In this document: positions 49,202 through 60,884 of the stretch, one piece after another
How the letters are laid out: each line of letters opens with the position of its first letter
Numbering within the stretch: position 1 is the stretch's first letter
Assembly (NCBI GenBank): GCA_965153355.1
Contig: OZ231126.1
Coordinates: 45,446,001 to 45,510,000 of the forward strand
DNA length: 64,000 nt
Direction: 5' to 3'
Source: Flaccisagitta enflata
Taxonomy: Eukaryota
Made by a program: the position numbers and the translations under genes
Notes under the pieces: model-generated
What the model saw: only the letters and a program-made list of their open reading frames with translations
What the model was told of the DNA's origin: nothing
Database searches by the model: none

Positions 49202-49686
49202 TTTTTGGGCAGCGGCACCAAAGGGGTCGATGACCTATGCTTTCACACATATGGGGAATTTTCTCCTCCGTCCGTCCATCCATCCCCCCCCCCCCCAGGC
49301 TTGAGGCTTAAATCCCAGTCCCAAGACCCAAATCCCAGCCTCGTGGCCCAAATCCTAGCCTGGAGGCCCAAGTTACAGCCTTGAGGCCCAAATCCCAGCC
49401 AGGAGACCCAGATCCCAGCCTCCAGGCTAGGATTTGGGCCTCCAGGCTAGGATTTGGGCTTCCAGGCTGGGATTTGGGCCACGAGGCTGGGATTTGGGTC
49501 TTGAGACTGGGTTTTGAGCCTCAAGCGGGGCGGATGGACGAAGGGAGGAAAAAATTCCCCATATGTGTGAAAGCATAGGTCATCGACCCCTTCGGGGCCG
49601 CTGCCCTGCTTCCCCTTTAACTTCAAACACTACCTACTCAGGCAGGGCACGGGTACCGCTGACCATCTAACGCTTTGGCGACTATT
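49202..49686 (+). mobile_element. Family A element, almost entirely palindromic over 49207-49606
   Basis: ~60-bp inverted repeats plus a core whose repeats reverse orientation at ~49420. Confidence 0.78.
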
Positions 49687-50342
49687 TCTTTTTCTTTTTT
49701 CTTATTTTGACTATTCATGGACTATCATTTGAAGCCCAGATACTACTTGACTCGTGACAAGTGATATCCTCTTCTTGAGACTTCTTCCTAGAATATTCTT
49801 GATTACAATCAAATTTCGAGTTCTTTTCCATGATTAACAACATTTCCTATTTAGCCCAGCTCCCATACCAATACCCCAACTTAATCTTCCATGAAAATCC
49901 CAAAACCTTCTCGAGTTAAATCCAGGTTTTTTTGAAGAAAAAAAAAGTAAGGTTTCAAAGAGGGATGATTATTCTTGGCAAGTGGGTCTCTTATCGCGGG
50001 ACGTCTGTCGTCGTCCTCCTTTTCTCCTTATCTCTAAAACCTTCCCTTCAAAAAATGATTTTGGAAAACATGAGAGTATCGAAGAGTAGATTGTTGTTTG
50101 ATAATTTTTCACTTGGAAGTGAAACTTTTCTTTAAAAAATCTTTTGTTCCTACGGGTGGAGAAATACTAGAAGCGAGTCAACCACTCACTCGGGGAGGAT
50201 GAGTCATTTCTGTAAGACCACAGATAGAAAAAAATTAAAATAAGTCGAAGAAAAGGATGATGAAGAAGAACGACGAAGAACAAGAAGAGAAGAAAAAGAC
50301 GAAGACGACGGAAAGCTACTGGACGCACATTGCGTGTCAGTT

Positions 50343-50472
<130 letters not shown>

Positions 50473-50490
50473 CGTCGACAACAGCAACGA

Positions 50491-50571
<81 letters not shown>

Positions 50572-50596
50572 AAAGGATGAGAACAACAACAACAGG

Positions 50597-50665
<69 letters not shown>

Positions 50666-50711
50666 AAGAATAACAACAACTGATAATACAGATCTACGTT
50701 AGCCTAAAATT

Positions 50712-50807
<96 letters not shown>

Positions 50808-50977
50808 GGCTCGTCGTTTTTCGAGAGTGTGGCATTTGGAGGAATTGGAAATGACATAGGGGCTCCCAAAGAATTAATTCGTCTCCTTGCCTGTTTTTCT
50901 TTTTCTTCTTCTTTTCTTCTTCTCATTCTTCCACTTCATCTCCATCTTCCTCTCCTTCTTGTCTTTCCCTCTTCTTC

Positions 50978-51009
<32 letters not shown>

Positions 51010-51543
51010 CTTCTTCTTCTTCTTCTTCTTCTTCTTCTTCTTCTTCTTCATCACCTTCTTCTTCTTTTTCTTCTTCTTCCTCTTCGTCTTCTTCTTCTTC
51101 TTCTTCTTCTTCTTCTTCTTCTTCTTCTTCTTCTTCTTCTTCTTCTTCTTCTTCTTCTTCTTCTTCCTCTTCCTCTTCTTCTTCTTCTTCTTCTTCTTCT
51201 TCTTCTTCTTCTTCTTCTTCTTCTTCTTCTTCTTCTTCTTCTTCTTCTTCTTCTTCTTCTTCTTCTTCTTCTTCTTCTTCTTCTTCTTCTTCGTCTTCTT
51301 CTTCATCTTCTTCTTCTCCTTCTTCTTTTTCTTCTACTTTCTCTTCTTCTTCTGCAGCTTTTACTCCTTCCTTCTTCTATTTGTCTTCTTCTTCTGCTGC
51401 GCGCCTGTAATTAGATTTTGTTTAAACGGTTCCCACTAAATTTCACCCTGAATTCATTTTCCCTTCATATCTTCTTTTTGACATTCAAGGTACACTCTCT
51501 CGGGGCTTACCCTCTCTTGCTTTCTGTCCTCTCGCTTACTTGC

Positions 51544-51609
<66 letters not shown>

Positions 51610-51677
51610 GTAACTCAGGTCGTTACCGACCACCAATTAGGCGGAATTATACTTGAGCAAAAGAAGAGGAAGAGATG

Positions 51678-51745
<68 letters not shown>

Positions 51746-51750
51746 AACAA

Positions 51751-51846
<96 letters not shown>

Positions 51847-52068
51847 CGTTTTTTCATCTGCAGTAAAGAATTATCTTTATGAAGTTCAGGAGATTGACAC
51901 ATTCTTATGTTACAGACAGTTCCATAATAGCCAGCACTGAGAACAAGAAAATTCATCGAAGGGATTATTATCAATTTGTTCCTTTACATCCACATTTTGT
52001 CGCAAGTATGTCCTTTTGAACGCGCTTTGACTTTAGATTTCTATCTGTTTCCTTCATCTAATCTAGAC

Positions 52069-52593
52069 AGTCAGTGGACAAAACAAAATTGGTAGAGAGC
52101 TCACTCTGTTGGCTTTGATCCAACCTACTGTTATTAAACAGCAGGCTATAAACAACAACTGGTTGTGAAAATTACAGCCGCCTGTCATCTTACAAAGTTA
52201 GCAAAAATTCAACCAAAAGAGAATAGAATGTGACTAGCATATTCATAATCCTGATGAAATTCTGAGAAGTTTGACATGTCACACTAAACACTTTTTATAA
52301 GAAATATTTTTTTAACATTGCATTATAACTTTATTAAATATTGATATGAAATTTTTATTTTCATAGAAAAGTATATGTTGTGACATTTCAAACTTTTCAG
52401 AATTTCAGCACAATTATGTATCTGCAGGTCTCATTCTATTTGGTGAAAGTTGGATTTTTGCCAACTTTATAGCATGACAGCCGGCTGTAATCTTTATGAC
52501 CAGTTGTTGTTTACAGCCTGCTGTTGGATAACCGTGGGTTGGATCAAAACCAACAGAGTGAACTCTCTACCTATTTTGTTTTGTCCACTGACT
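52069..52593. mobile_element. Old fold-back/MITE element with ~200-bp diverged inverted arms
   Basis: AGTCAGTGGACAAAACAAAA.. mirrored by ..TTTTGTTTTGTCCACTGACT; complementarity continues inward with many mismatches. Confidence 0.8.
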
Positions 52594-53016
52594 AATCATT
52601 TCTATCGGCAACAGTTAAAAAACGGCTCGCGATTCAAAAATGTTACGGACCAACGGAACGATGGACGGACGGACGCATTGATACGGCAAGGTGTAGAGTT
52701 GCATGTCCGTGACTAAATACTAATAAGCTGCTTAACCTCATGATGAAATTGTTTTCGTCCCAGCGCTGCATTTACCAAACTTGATGCTTGACTTTGGATT
52801 GCTATGCATTCGGCCTTGACCCTTGTTACTTTAAAAAGCAAATGAAGGAAGCAAACCGACCTAGTAGCCCGCATCAATGTGAAAAAGTACCCTCACTCTC
52901 CTCAATGTTGAACTTTTTTTTTCAGGCTGGTTTTCAGGCACAAAGAAGTGAAGAATGAGTAAAGTGATCATCGAGGTCGGAGGTTCCCAAGCAGACTTTT
53001 GATAACATAAGCACGG

Positions 53017-53641
53017 TGTGGAATATCGCACTGAATTTTACTAGTTTTGTGATTATTTGTAGCTGCATATTTCTTTGATTCGCCCTGTTTGTTGCCCATT
53101 TTGTGGATTTATATTATTGCTGATTTTTCTTTCTTTAGATCAGTGATAATGTTATTCGCTCTTCATTCATGATCAATCTTGGGGTGCGTTTCCTTACCTG
53201 GTGAGTTGTGATTGGACTCGGTTGGTTGGTCAGTTGGTCGGCTTGGTTGGTTGGTCAGTTGGTCGGTTGGTGATGTTCAGTTATTTAGTTATTTAGTTAT
53301 TAAAGATGTGAGTTATTGAGTTATTCAGATTGATAGGTTGATAGGTTAACCCTTTTCTTCTCTTTTCCCCTCTCCCTTTTCCTATCTATTTCAGCGTTTT
53401 TATACCCCTTTCAACCATAGAAGATATTTTGATGGCGACGACGAAAGACTCTATCTGCATGGATGCGCAATGATTTTCTTTGGATTTTGTTGGAGTTGAC
53501 GTTGTTGGCGTGGCGCGTGGCGTGGCTTCGAGAGGATTGGCGCGGTCGTGACGCAGCGACCGACGGACCGATTCATCGTCATCGACGTCAGCGCATAGGT
53601 ACTTTGACGGTTGGAGACAGTGTTCTACGCGGTTCTTTACA
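53017..53641 (+). repeat. 5' LTR
   Basis: TG...CA ends; aligns without gaps to 63160-63784 with 10 substitutions counted by eye. Confidence 0.97.
53108..53206 (+). promoter_or_regulatory. Candidate LTR core promoter and first splice donor
   Basis: TATA-like TTTATATT at 53108-53115, Inr-like TCAGT at 53140-53144 (~30 nt downstream), and donor CTG|GTGAGT at 53200/53201. Confidence 0.4.
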
Positions 53642-53650
53642 GTATAAAAA

Positions 53651-53662
53651 CGGTACCAGAGA
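53651..53662 (+). other. Possible degenerate primer-binding site CGGTACCAGAGA
   Basis: Begins after a 9-nt spacer following the 5' LTR; partial match to the initiator-Met-type PBS TGGTAGCAGAG but starts CGG rather than TGG. Confidence 0.35.
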
Positions 53663-53693
53663 TTGATCAAGATTTGTGTTTTCTACCACCACA

Positions 53694-56351
53694 ATGAGCA
53701 CACAAAATACACAGGCCCCGGGCGGCGACGGAGAACCGCCGGTGTGGAAGAGGCGCGACATATCGAGCGTAAGACGGGAATTATACCTCGAATTCGCTGT
53801 CGTCCAATCGGCGTTCAGCGTTGCCTCCGTCAGTAAAGAAAGGGCTGTGTTGATAAGAGCGAATGACGCGGCAAACAAATTCCAAAAACTGCTGAATGAA
53901 AAAATAGCACAATACAACGCGTGCGTGATAGACGATGTCTCGGCCGAGCACGCGGCAAACAATTTGATGATAGACATATCAGCATACCGAGCGGAATTGG
54001 ACACATCCCTTAAGCCGTTGTACATAGAGGAAACGGGGGAAGGCAAAAGGGAAGTATCGTTCGACGCCGGCTCTCCTATCGCGAAAGAAGAAGCGCCGGA
54101 AAGAGCGGCGCCGTCGCGGTTTGAGAGGCTGAAACAACCACCAGGTGGCGGTATAATGGACAAAACAATGCGCATATCGGAGAGTGAGGAGGAAGAGTCA
54201 CCAAATGAGGAGGAGGCTCCCAACGAGGAAGGGATTCCAAATGGGGAAGAGGAAGAAAGAGAAGTGGAAGATCCGGACCTGGTGGAGGAGGCGAATGACG
54301 CCGAAGAACAAAGAGACAACGCCGGAGAGAATCAAATCACAGAAACAGCGGCGACAGGCGGGATAATAAGCAGAATTGCGGGAATGTTCAGGGGGTCATC
54401 GACGCCTCAGCAAACGAACACGGCAGAAACGGTTGCAGCGTCAGCAGGGAATCCGACGATCCATGTGATACCCGCGACGCCGGCCGAGAGAACGCCGTCA
54501 ATGAGAAGCGCCGGATCCATCGCGAGATCAATCCAAGCAAAAAAAGAAAGAGACGACGAGCAGAAAAAAGAAAAAGAACGGATGGAAGCGAATAGGAGAC
54601 AAAGTGAAGCGGAAGAAGCGGAGGCATTGAGAAAGGTGGAAGAAATTAGAAGGCAGAGAGAACAGGCCGAAAAACTTCATCGGATAAAAGTGAGGGGGAT
54701 CGAACGGATTCACCGGGAGCAGCAACAGGCGATCAGTGATGACGATGAGGCCTCGGGCGCCAGAGAGGCGATGAAGAGGCTCGAGCAATCCGTCAACGGG
54801 GGCGAAGAGAGAGTGTTGGATCCCAACGCCGCGGTGGAGAACTGGGCGAAAAACAATGCCAGCGGCTCCGGTCCGACGACGCCCGTAAGAGGAAAAATGC
54901 CACAACAAAGGAAAGGAGAAAAGAAGGTGGCATTAAAACTCGACCTCGACAAAATACAGCTGACGCCAAAAGCGGTGACAAAGCCCATCATCCCACCGGC
55001 GAAAGCAGTTAAGAAGCCCATCGTCCCATCTGTGAAGCCAAAAAAGGTGAATAAACCGACGATCCAAAAACTACCTCCAAGGGAAATAAAGCAAAAGGAG
55101 GAGAAAAAAGGAGTAGAAAAGTTGAGAGAGAAAAAAGAGAGGATCGAGAAGGAGACGATGGAGTTAATGGCAAAACTCCAAGAGCTACACAACTCGGCGC
55201 AGCAGGTGGAGGAAGGGTTAGAGAAGGAGGAAGAAAAGGAGGAAGAGGAGGAGGAAGAGGAGGAAGAGGTGCCGATAACACCAACCACACCGAGTTGCGC
55301 CGGGAGTGCAAGCCAGGAGGAATTTGTAAAAGTACAGATTCAGATGTTCGCGATGGCGCAACTGAAAGAAGCACGCCCGGTGAAAAAATTTGCTGGAGTG
55401 GGAAAAGGCATGAGCTTTGCTAAACACATGCTCAAATTTGAGACGGCTTTGGAGATAGTTGGTCTGTCGGACAAAGCCAAACTAAACGAATTCCAGCACT
55501 ACTTCGAGGGTGCAGCATTCCAACTGATAGAGACACTGGAGAAAACGAACGCGGGAAAAGCGGTGGAAACAGCGATTGAAAAACTAACAAAGAAATTCGG
55601 GCTGAGGAAAGAGTCAGCGATGGAGATGCTGGAGGAGCTATTGCAGGGAAAGCAAGTCGGCGAAAAGGACCACAGTGGGTTGCTGATGTTTTACTGCAAG
55701 CTGCGAAGCATCCACACGTTGGCAAAAAATACCGGCAGAGGGGCGGAATTCGAGAATAAGATGATCATAGAGTCAATCCTCGCAAAGAAGACCCCGCATT
55801 TAACAGCTAAGTGGTCAAAAAGGGTGGTTAAAAACATGATGTCGGAGGGTGAAATGTTGAGCTTTGACACGTTTTTGGAGTTTCTTGATACAGAACACAC
55901 AATTGCCGAACTCTGTTACAAAAACTCAGGTCAAGCTCAAAATGCCAGACCGGTGGGCGCAGCCAAGGTGGCAGCGACTACGGCGACCACACCAGCGAAA
56001 AATACCAGCAGAACCACAGCTGGCGCGGCAACAGCCACCACAGCAGCAGCAGCACCGGCGACGGGGGGTTGTGAGCGCTGTGGAGGTCAACACCGTCTTC
56101 CGGCATGCGACATCTTCAAAGGCTTGACCAGCGCAGATAAACGGAAATTCTGCATAAACACTCGGATTTGCTATATGTGCCTTGAAGCCGGTCATATGGC
56201 AAGGAATTGCAGCGCGACGGAAATGTGTGCAATCTGCGGCGTAGGGCATCATACTCTGCTTCATCCCGATGAATCCTCAGGCGCCCCGCCAACTTCGGCG
56301 GGAACCAATGGAGGAGGAGGAGGAGGAGGAGCGGGAGGCGGTAATGCATGA
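53694..56351 (+). CDS. gag: BEL/Pao Gag: long charged/coiled-coil N-terminus, capsid-like region, three zinc knuckles, Gly-rich linker
   Basis: First ATG at 53694 within the 891-aa ORF; CERCGGQHRLPAC, CYMCLEAGHMARNC and CAICGVGHHTLLH form the CCHC-CCHC-CCHH triple knuckle typical of BEL/Pao; ends at TGA 56349-56351. Confidence 0.93.
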   Translation: MSTQNTQAPGGDGEPPVWKRRDISSVRRELYLEFAVVQSAFSVASVSKERAVLIRANDAANKFQKLLNEKIAQYNACVIDDVSAEHAANNLMIDISAYRAELDTSLKPLYIEETGEGKREVSFDAGSPIAKEEAPERAAPSRFERLKQPPGGGIMDKTMRISESEEEESPNEEEAPNEEGIPNGEEEEREVEDPDLVEEANDAEEQRDNAGENQITETAATGGIISRIAGMFRGSSTPQQTNTAETVAASAGNPTIHVIPATPAERTPSMRSAGSIARSIQAKKERDDEQKKEKERMEANRRQSEAEEAEALRKVEEIRRQREQAEKLHRIKVRGIERIHREQQQAISDDDEASGAREAMKRLEQSVNGGEERVLDPNAAVENWAKNNASGSGPTTPVRGKMPQQRKGEKKVALKLDLDKIQLTPKAVTKPIIPPAKAVKKPIVPSVKPKKVNKPTIQKLPPREIKQKEEKKGVEKLREKKERIEKETMELMAKLQELHNSAQQVEEGLEKEEEKEEEEEEEEEEVPITPTTPSCAGSASQEEFVKVQIQMFAMAQLKEARPVKKFAGVGKGMSFAKHMLKFETALEIVGLSDKAKLNEFQHYFEGAAFQLIETLEKTNAGKAVETAIEKLTKKFGLRKESAMEMLEELLQGKQVGEKDHSGLLMFYCKLRSIHTLAKNTGRGAEFENKMIIESILAKKTPHLTAKWSKRVVKNMMSEGEMLSFDTFLEFLDTEHTIAELCYKNSGQAQNARPVGAAKVAATTATTPAKNTSRTTAGAATATTAAAAPATGGCERCGGQHRLPACDIFKGLTSADKRKFCINTRICYMCLEAGHMARNCSATEMCAICGVGHHTLLHPDESSGAPPTSAGTNGGGGGGGAGGGNA

Positions 56352-56355
56352 CTAG
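56346..56355 (+). other. Putative stop-codon readthrough site GCA-TGA-CTA-G between gag and pol
   Basis: Single in-frame TGA at the Gag/protease boundary followed by CTAG; UGA-CUAG is an established readthrough context. Confidence 0.75.
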
Positions 56356-59300
56356 CCGTACCAAAACAAAACTCAGTGTTCAAAGTCGGGGGTGATGATG
56401 GAGCATGGCGGCTAATTGTACCATTATATGTTGTGGGGGAAAATGGAGATGAAATTGGTACTTATGCACTCCTTGATGGCGGCGCAAATAGAAATGTCGT
56501 GTCAGAGTCAATTTGCTCGCGCCTAGGGGTGGAAGGGAGAAATGTGAACATGAAAGTGACGACCTTGGACAAAACAGTAGAAGGAGTCAGAAAGGTGGCG
56601 GACGTGTCAGTGAGAGGCACAAACGGATTTGAGCTGAAATTGAGTAATGCGATCTTTGGGGAGATAATAGCCACAGAGGGTGATAGACCCCCCAAAATTG
56701 CGGATGTGGAGGGGATCGAACACTTGAACGACATCGAGTTTCCCGCCTTTCCGGAAGGGGATGTCGCCGAATATCAAATAGGAGTGATTATCGGGGCTGA
56801 ACACGCTAGAGTGTGGAGCTCTGGCGAAAGACGCATCGGCGACGAATCACTTCCGGTGGCGTTGGAGACGGGGTTCGGCTATTGTCTAATAGGCCCAAAG
56901 AAGAACATTGAATCGCATTGTTTTGTTTGCAATCATGTTTCTTTCCAGAGTTTTCCATCCAATACAGATGCGGAAATGAAAAAATGCTTTGCGAGCGAAT
57001 TTGAAAGAGCAAAAAACGACGATGAAACAATGTCGTTGGAGGATAAATTTGCTCTTAGGCAACTCGAAGAATCGATTGTATGGGACTCTACAGTGGAAAG
57101 ATATCGAGTGAGCCTGCCCCACAAACGCGGAAGGAAAGCGACGGCGGAAAGGATCAACAAAGTGGATTCAAGCGGCATGGCGTTGGACCGTCTGTGGAGA
57201 ACGGCACGACAAATGCGAAAAGATCCGGAGAGGCGAAGGGTCACATTTGAAACGATGCGCCAATTTGAAGCAAAGGGCAGGGTCGTGAAACTCGATCCAA
57301 AGAAGCACGCAGCGACGCCACCGGACAGGCCAAAATGGACAATCCCCATCCACGTCACAGATAAGCCAGGGAAACCTGGTCAAGTCCGTATCTGTCATGA
57401 TTGTAGGGCATCTGTGGGGGGTGTGTGTCTGAATGATTGTCTGTTAGACGGCCCCCAATTGGCATGTGACATTCGTGGTGTGTTGATGCGTTTTCGCGAT
57501 GGGGGTGAGGTTGCGGTGGGGGCTGACATTAAAGATTTTTTCCACGAAATCTATATTGCAGAGGAAGATGAAGGCGCCTTTACGTACTGGTGGTTTCCGA
57601 CGGAGGAGATGGACGAAGCGGAACTAAACGGATTTTTGGGTCACGTGTTCGGCGCCAAAAGTTCCAACTTCGTCGCGATCTTCACGCAACGGTACCACAT
57701 CAATCAGAGGGCGAGAGAATACGGTCCTCAAGTAGTGGAGGCGTCAAACCGCAATCTGTACGTCGACGATCTGTTGAAGTCTCTGCGCAATACGAAAATA
57801 GCGCGCGACTTCCGGATTGCGATCACTGCGGCGATGAAGGATGGCGGCTTCACTCTCTGCAAGTGGCGCTCATCGAGACCGGAAGTGCTGGAAGAGGCCG
57901 ATCCGGCGCCGGAAATGAAGGATTTTCGGAAGGCAGCGGCTCCTGGAGAGGACGTAGGAAAAATCCTGGGTATGCGTTACTCTTTCTCAGCGGATAAATT
58001 CTCTTACGCGCCAGAGAAAGAGAAGGCGGAGATGAAAGTGGAAACGAAGCGCCAGATGCTACAAGTGATAGCGTCGTTTTATGACCCGCTTGGATTCTTG
58101 GACCCTTTCGTGATTTGGGCGAGATTTATCTTGCAGCAAGTGATGAAGACAGCAATCGGATGGGACGAGAAAAACATTGAGGAGGCATTGCTGGAAGCAT
58201 TTGCTGTGTGGCAAGGGGATTTTAGTCTCCTTGAAAACTTTGAAATTGAACGATGGACTGCAACGCTCGAAACCCAGGATGGCGAAAAGCAGCTGATGGT
58301 GTTTAGCGATGCGAGCAGTAAAGGATACGGCGTAGTGATATACGTGCGCCGAAAGACGCCAGATGGAAAAATTCACGTTGCGATCGTATGCTCGAAGGCG
58401 CACGTGGTGCCGGTAAAAGACGCTGAGGCTGGACACCACGACTCGATGCCGAGGCTGGAGTTGCAGGCCGCGAGATTGGCAGCAAGGATGAGATCGACTG
58501 TGGAAAAAGAAACAGGGAGTTATGACAGTATCATTATGTGGACTGATTCTGAATGTGTGATCAAGCAACTAAATGACACAGTCACTCGGTTTAAAGTTTA
58601 TTTTTCTAATCGCATCTCAGAAATACAGGCGTTGACGAGCGTGTCCGAATGGAGATGGGTGCCTTCCGGGGAGAACCCTGCCGACGACTGTACCCATGGT
58701 CTTCTGGCGCGCGACCCGAAATGGCGACGTTTCCATAATGGACCGGACTTCTTGTGGAGAGGCGAGACGGAATGGCCGGAAAAGCAAATTGCTTCGGATC
58801 CTTTTCCCGCGCACATACTGGCCACGGCAGTGACGACTCCTGCGGCGGAAGAAACTTGGATATCGAGAATATCCCGCGGTGTTGCCTCGTGGCCAGGGAA
58901 AGTACGTCGGATTGCGCTCTTCAAAAAGACGATAGTGCGATGTGTAGTGAAACGACGCCCCGCAGTCGGCGACAGCGGTGCGCAGTCAGCTACACTGCGC
59001 GAGCTGCGAGACGCGGAAATGCTCCTGATACGAGACATTCAATCGCGGCATTTTAGTGAAGAAATAAAAGCGTTGACGGCGGCACCAAAAGGCCCTACAA
59101 AAAGACAGAAAGTGCACGCGAAATCGACGATAGTGGCATTGAACCCGTTCATCGATGCGAATGGGATGCTGCGCTGCATGGGACGTCTCATAAACTCGAC
59201 GGATCTGAGCTACGACGCCAGACATCCAATTATACTCCCTCATGACGACGACGAGGTGCTGGATTTGATTAGACTGTTTCATGAATGTCACCTTCACGCC

Positions 59301-60389
59301 GGCGTGGAACATGTGTTGGGAGAATCGCGACGCCGGTTTTGGATTACAAAAGGGCGCCGCGTAGTGTCGCGCGTGGTAAAGGCATGCGTGGGATGTCAGA
59401 GGCACTTCAAAGCGCCGGAATCGCAGCAAATGGCGCCCCTTCCCGCGGAAAGGACGCAAGCTTGTCGGCCCTTCGAGAATACAGGAGTAGACTGCTTTGG
59501 GCCTGTGAAATGTAAAATTGTTGGAAGGGCATTTCACAAAGTGAACGTGGCTTTGTTTACGTGTATGGCGACGAGAGCGGTGCATTTCGAAGTATTGCGG
59601 AGTATGGACACATCGAGCTTTATTGATGCTCTGCAACGCTTTCGGGCGAGAAGGCCAGCGGTGAGGCGCCTATTCTCGGACTGTGGCTCGAACTTTACTT
59701 CCGCCGAGAAGGAGATTGCGGCGGAAGTCGCGTCATGGAACGCGTCGTCGACGGAGGATCTGCGGCTGCTTGGGATCGAGTGGAAATTCAACCCACCGAC
59801 ATCCCCTCACAGGGGTGGTGTGTGGGAAAGGCTCGTGAAAGCTGCGAAAAAACATTTGACGTTTGTGTTGACATTGGACAACTTGAGCATCGAGACGCTG
59901 ACGACAGTGTTGGCGCAGGCGGAATTGGCGATGAACTCGAGGCCGATTACACACGTCCCTGATGAGCCTGGAATTCAAGCGCTGCGTCCAATTGATTTTT
60001 TGTGCCCCGGTGTATTTGCGGCGTCGGACTGCGACATTCTTCCTCCATCGCCTCCGGATGCAGTGTGCCTTCGTTATAGCTGGCGTCAATCGAGGGCGCT
60101 GGTCGACGAGTTTTGGAACCGGTGGTCGCGGGATTACATTTCGGCGTTGCAAGCGCGGCCGAAATGGCGTTCGTCGGAGCCAAATTTGGAGATCGGGGAC
60201 ATTGTATTGATGGTGGATGAACAATGTCGACGGGGTGATTGGCGGACAGGGGTTGTCATCGAGACGGACGGTCGAGATTTGGTGAGAACAGTCTCTGTGC
60301 GGACGTCAAATGGGAAAGTGTTTTCTCGCGACAGAACGAAAATTGTTCGTTTGGAGCTGGACCCGCTTAGAGCGGATGTATATAGATGA
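56352..60389 (+). CDS. pol: BEL/Pao Pol (aspartic protease, RT, RNase H, integrase), in frame with gag and with no ATG before the protease motif
   Basis: ALLDGGA (protease); ADIKDFF, FGAKSS and NLYVDD (RT); VFSDASSKGYG, PRLELQAA, WTDS and ENPADD (RNase H); HECHLH..CVGC and VDCFGP/FSDCGSNF/GGVWERLV (integrase HHCC and DDE); FWNRWSRDY C-terminal motif. The frame is open from 56352. Confidence 0.96.
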   Translation, partial: LAVPKQNSVFKVGGDDGAWRLIVPLYVVGENGDEIGTYALLDGGANRNVVSESICSRLGVEGRNVNMKVTTLDKTVEGVRKVADVSVRGTNGFELKLSNAIFGEIIATEGDRPPKIADVEGIEHLNDIEFPAFPEGDVAEYQIGVIIGAEHARVWSSGERRIGDESLPVALETGFGYCLIGPKKNIESHCFVCNHVSFQSFPSNTDAEMKKCFASEFERAKNDDETMSLEDKFALRQLEESIVWDSTVERYRVSLPHKRGRKATAERINKVDSSGMALDRLWRTARQMRKDPERRRVTFETMRQFEAKGRVVKLDPKKHAATPPDRPKWTIPIHVTDKPGKPGQVRICHDCRASVGGVCLNDCLLDGPQLACDIRGVLMRFRDGGEVAVGADIKDFFHEIYIAEEDEGAFTYWWFPTEEMDEAELNGFLGHVFGAKSSNFVAIFTQRYHINQRAREYGPQVVEASNRNLYVDDLLKSLRNTKIARDFRIAITAAMKDGGFTLCKWRSSRPEVLEEADPAPEMKDFRKAAAPGEDVGKILGMRYSFSADKFSYAPEKEKAEMKVETKRQMLQVIASFYDPLGFLDPFVIWARFILQQVMKTAIGWDEKNIEEALLEAFAVWQGDFSLLENFEIERWTATLETQDGEKQLMVFSDASSKGYGVVIYVRRKTPDGKIHVAIVCSKAHVVPVKDAEAGHHDSMPRLELQAARLAARMRSTVEKETGSYDSIIMWTDSECVIKQLNDTVTRFKVYFSNRISEIQALTSVSEWRWVPSGENPADDCTHGLLARDPKWRRFHNGPDFLWRGETEWPEKQIASDPFPAHILATAVTTPAAEETWISRISRGVASWPGKVRRIALFKKTIVRCVVKRRPAVGDSGAQSATLRELRDAEMLLIRDIQSRHFSEEIKALTAAPKGPTKRQKVHAKSTIVALNPFIDANGMLRCMGRLINSTDLSYDARHPIILPHDDDEVLDLIRLFHECHLHAGVEHVLGESRRRFWITKGRRVVSRVVKACVGCQRHFKAPESQQMAPLPAERTQACRPFENTGVDCFGPVKCKIVGRAFHKVNVALFTCMATRAVHFEVLRSMDTSSFIDALQRFRARRPAVRRLFSDCGSNFTSAEKEIAAEVASWNASSTEDLRLLGIEWKFNPPTSPHRGGVWERLVKAAKKHLTFVLTLDNLSIETLTTVLAQAELAMNSRPITHVPDEPGIQALRPIDFLCPGVFAASDCDILPPSPPDAVCLRYSWRQSRALVDEFWNRWSRDYISALQARPKWRSSEPNLEIGDIVLMVDEQCRRGDWRTGVVIETDGRDLVRTVSVRTSNGKVFSRDRTKIVRLELDPLRADVYR

Positions 60390-60884
60390 TGCATTTGTGT
60401 TGATTTTTTTTTTAGACGCGATCTTACGTTTATGGCGATTGGCTTTTTCCTGATATACTCTTTTTGTTGAATGCGCGTTATTTCTGGGTTTGAGTCGTTA
60501 CGATGTTGATTCTTACTTCACTACATTTTTCTTAGATGATCATTGGGCGATGGGCTTTGGCGTGATGATGCTTTCTCTGGGGGGTTTATCGTTGGAATTG
60601 CTCGTCGACTGTTTTCGTGGAGTTCTTTAGTCTCATTTCGTATTTCATTTTTTTTGATTATGTTTATTTTGAGGCTTAACATTTGATTATTCGTTTTGGT
60701 GATTATCGTCATTGAATTGTGTATTTGTATCGTTCGTTATGATAATTTTTTTTTTCTGTTTTCTGATGTTGCCTATTTGTGTGTATATTTCTTCCTTTCT
60801 TTCCCCATCCCTTAGTTAGTTACGAGAGTGAAATTGTGCTTCTGAATTGTGCTTAGTGCAAGTGTTGGATCCCTTAGTGCAGTG

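Noticed and set aside
53463-53666. Small LTR ORF containing TVGDSVLRG (GDSL/SGNH-like)
   Set aside because: Only a short motif at the LTR end with no remainder of the domain; likely chance.
56460-56495. Protease motif DGG instead of D(T/S)G as a sign of inactivation
   Set aside because: The catalytic Asp and Gly are retained and the middle residue varies among BEL/Pao proteases.
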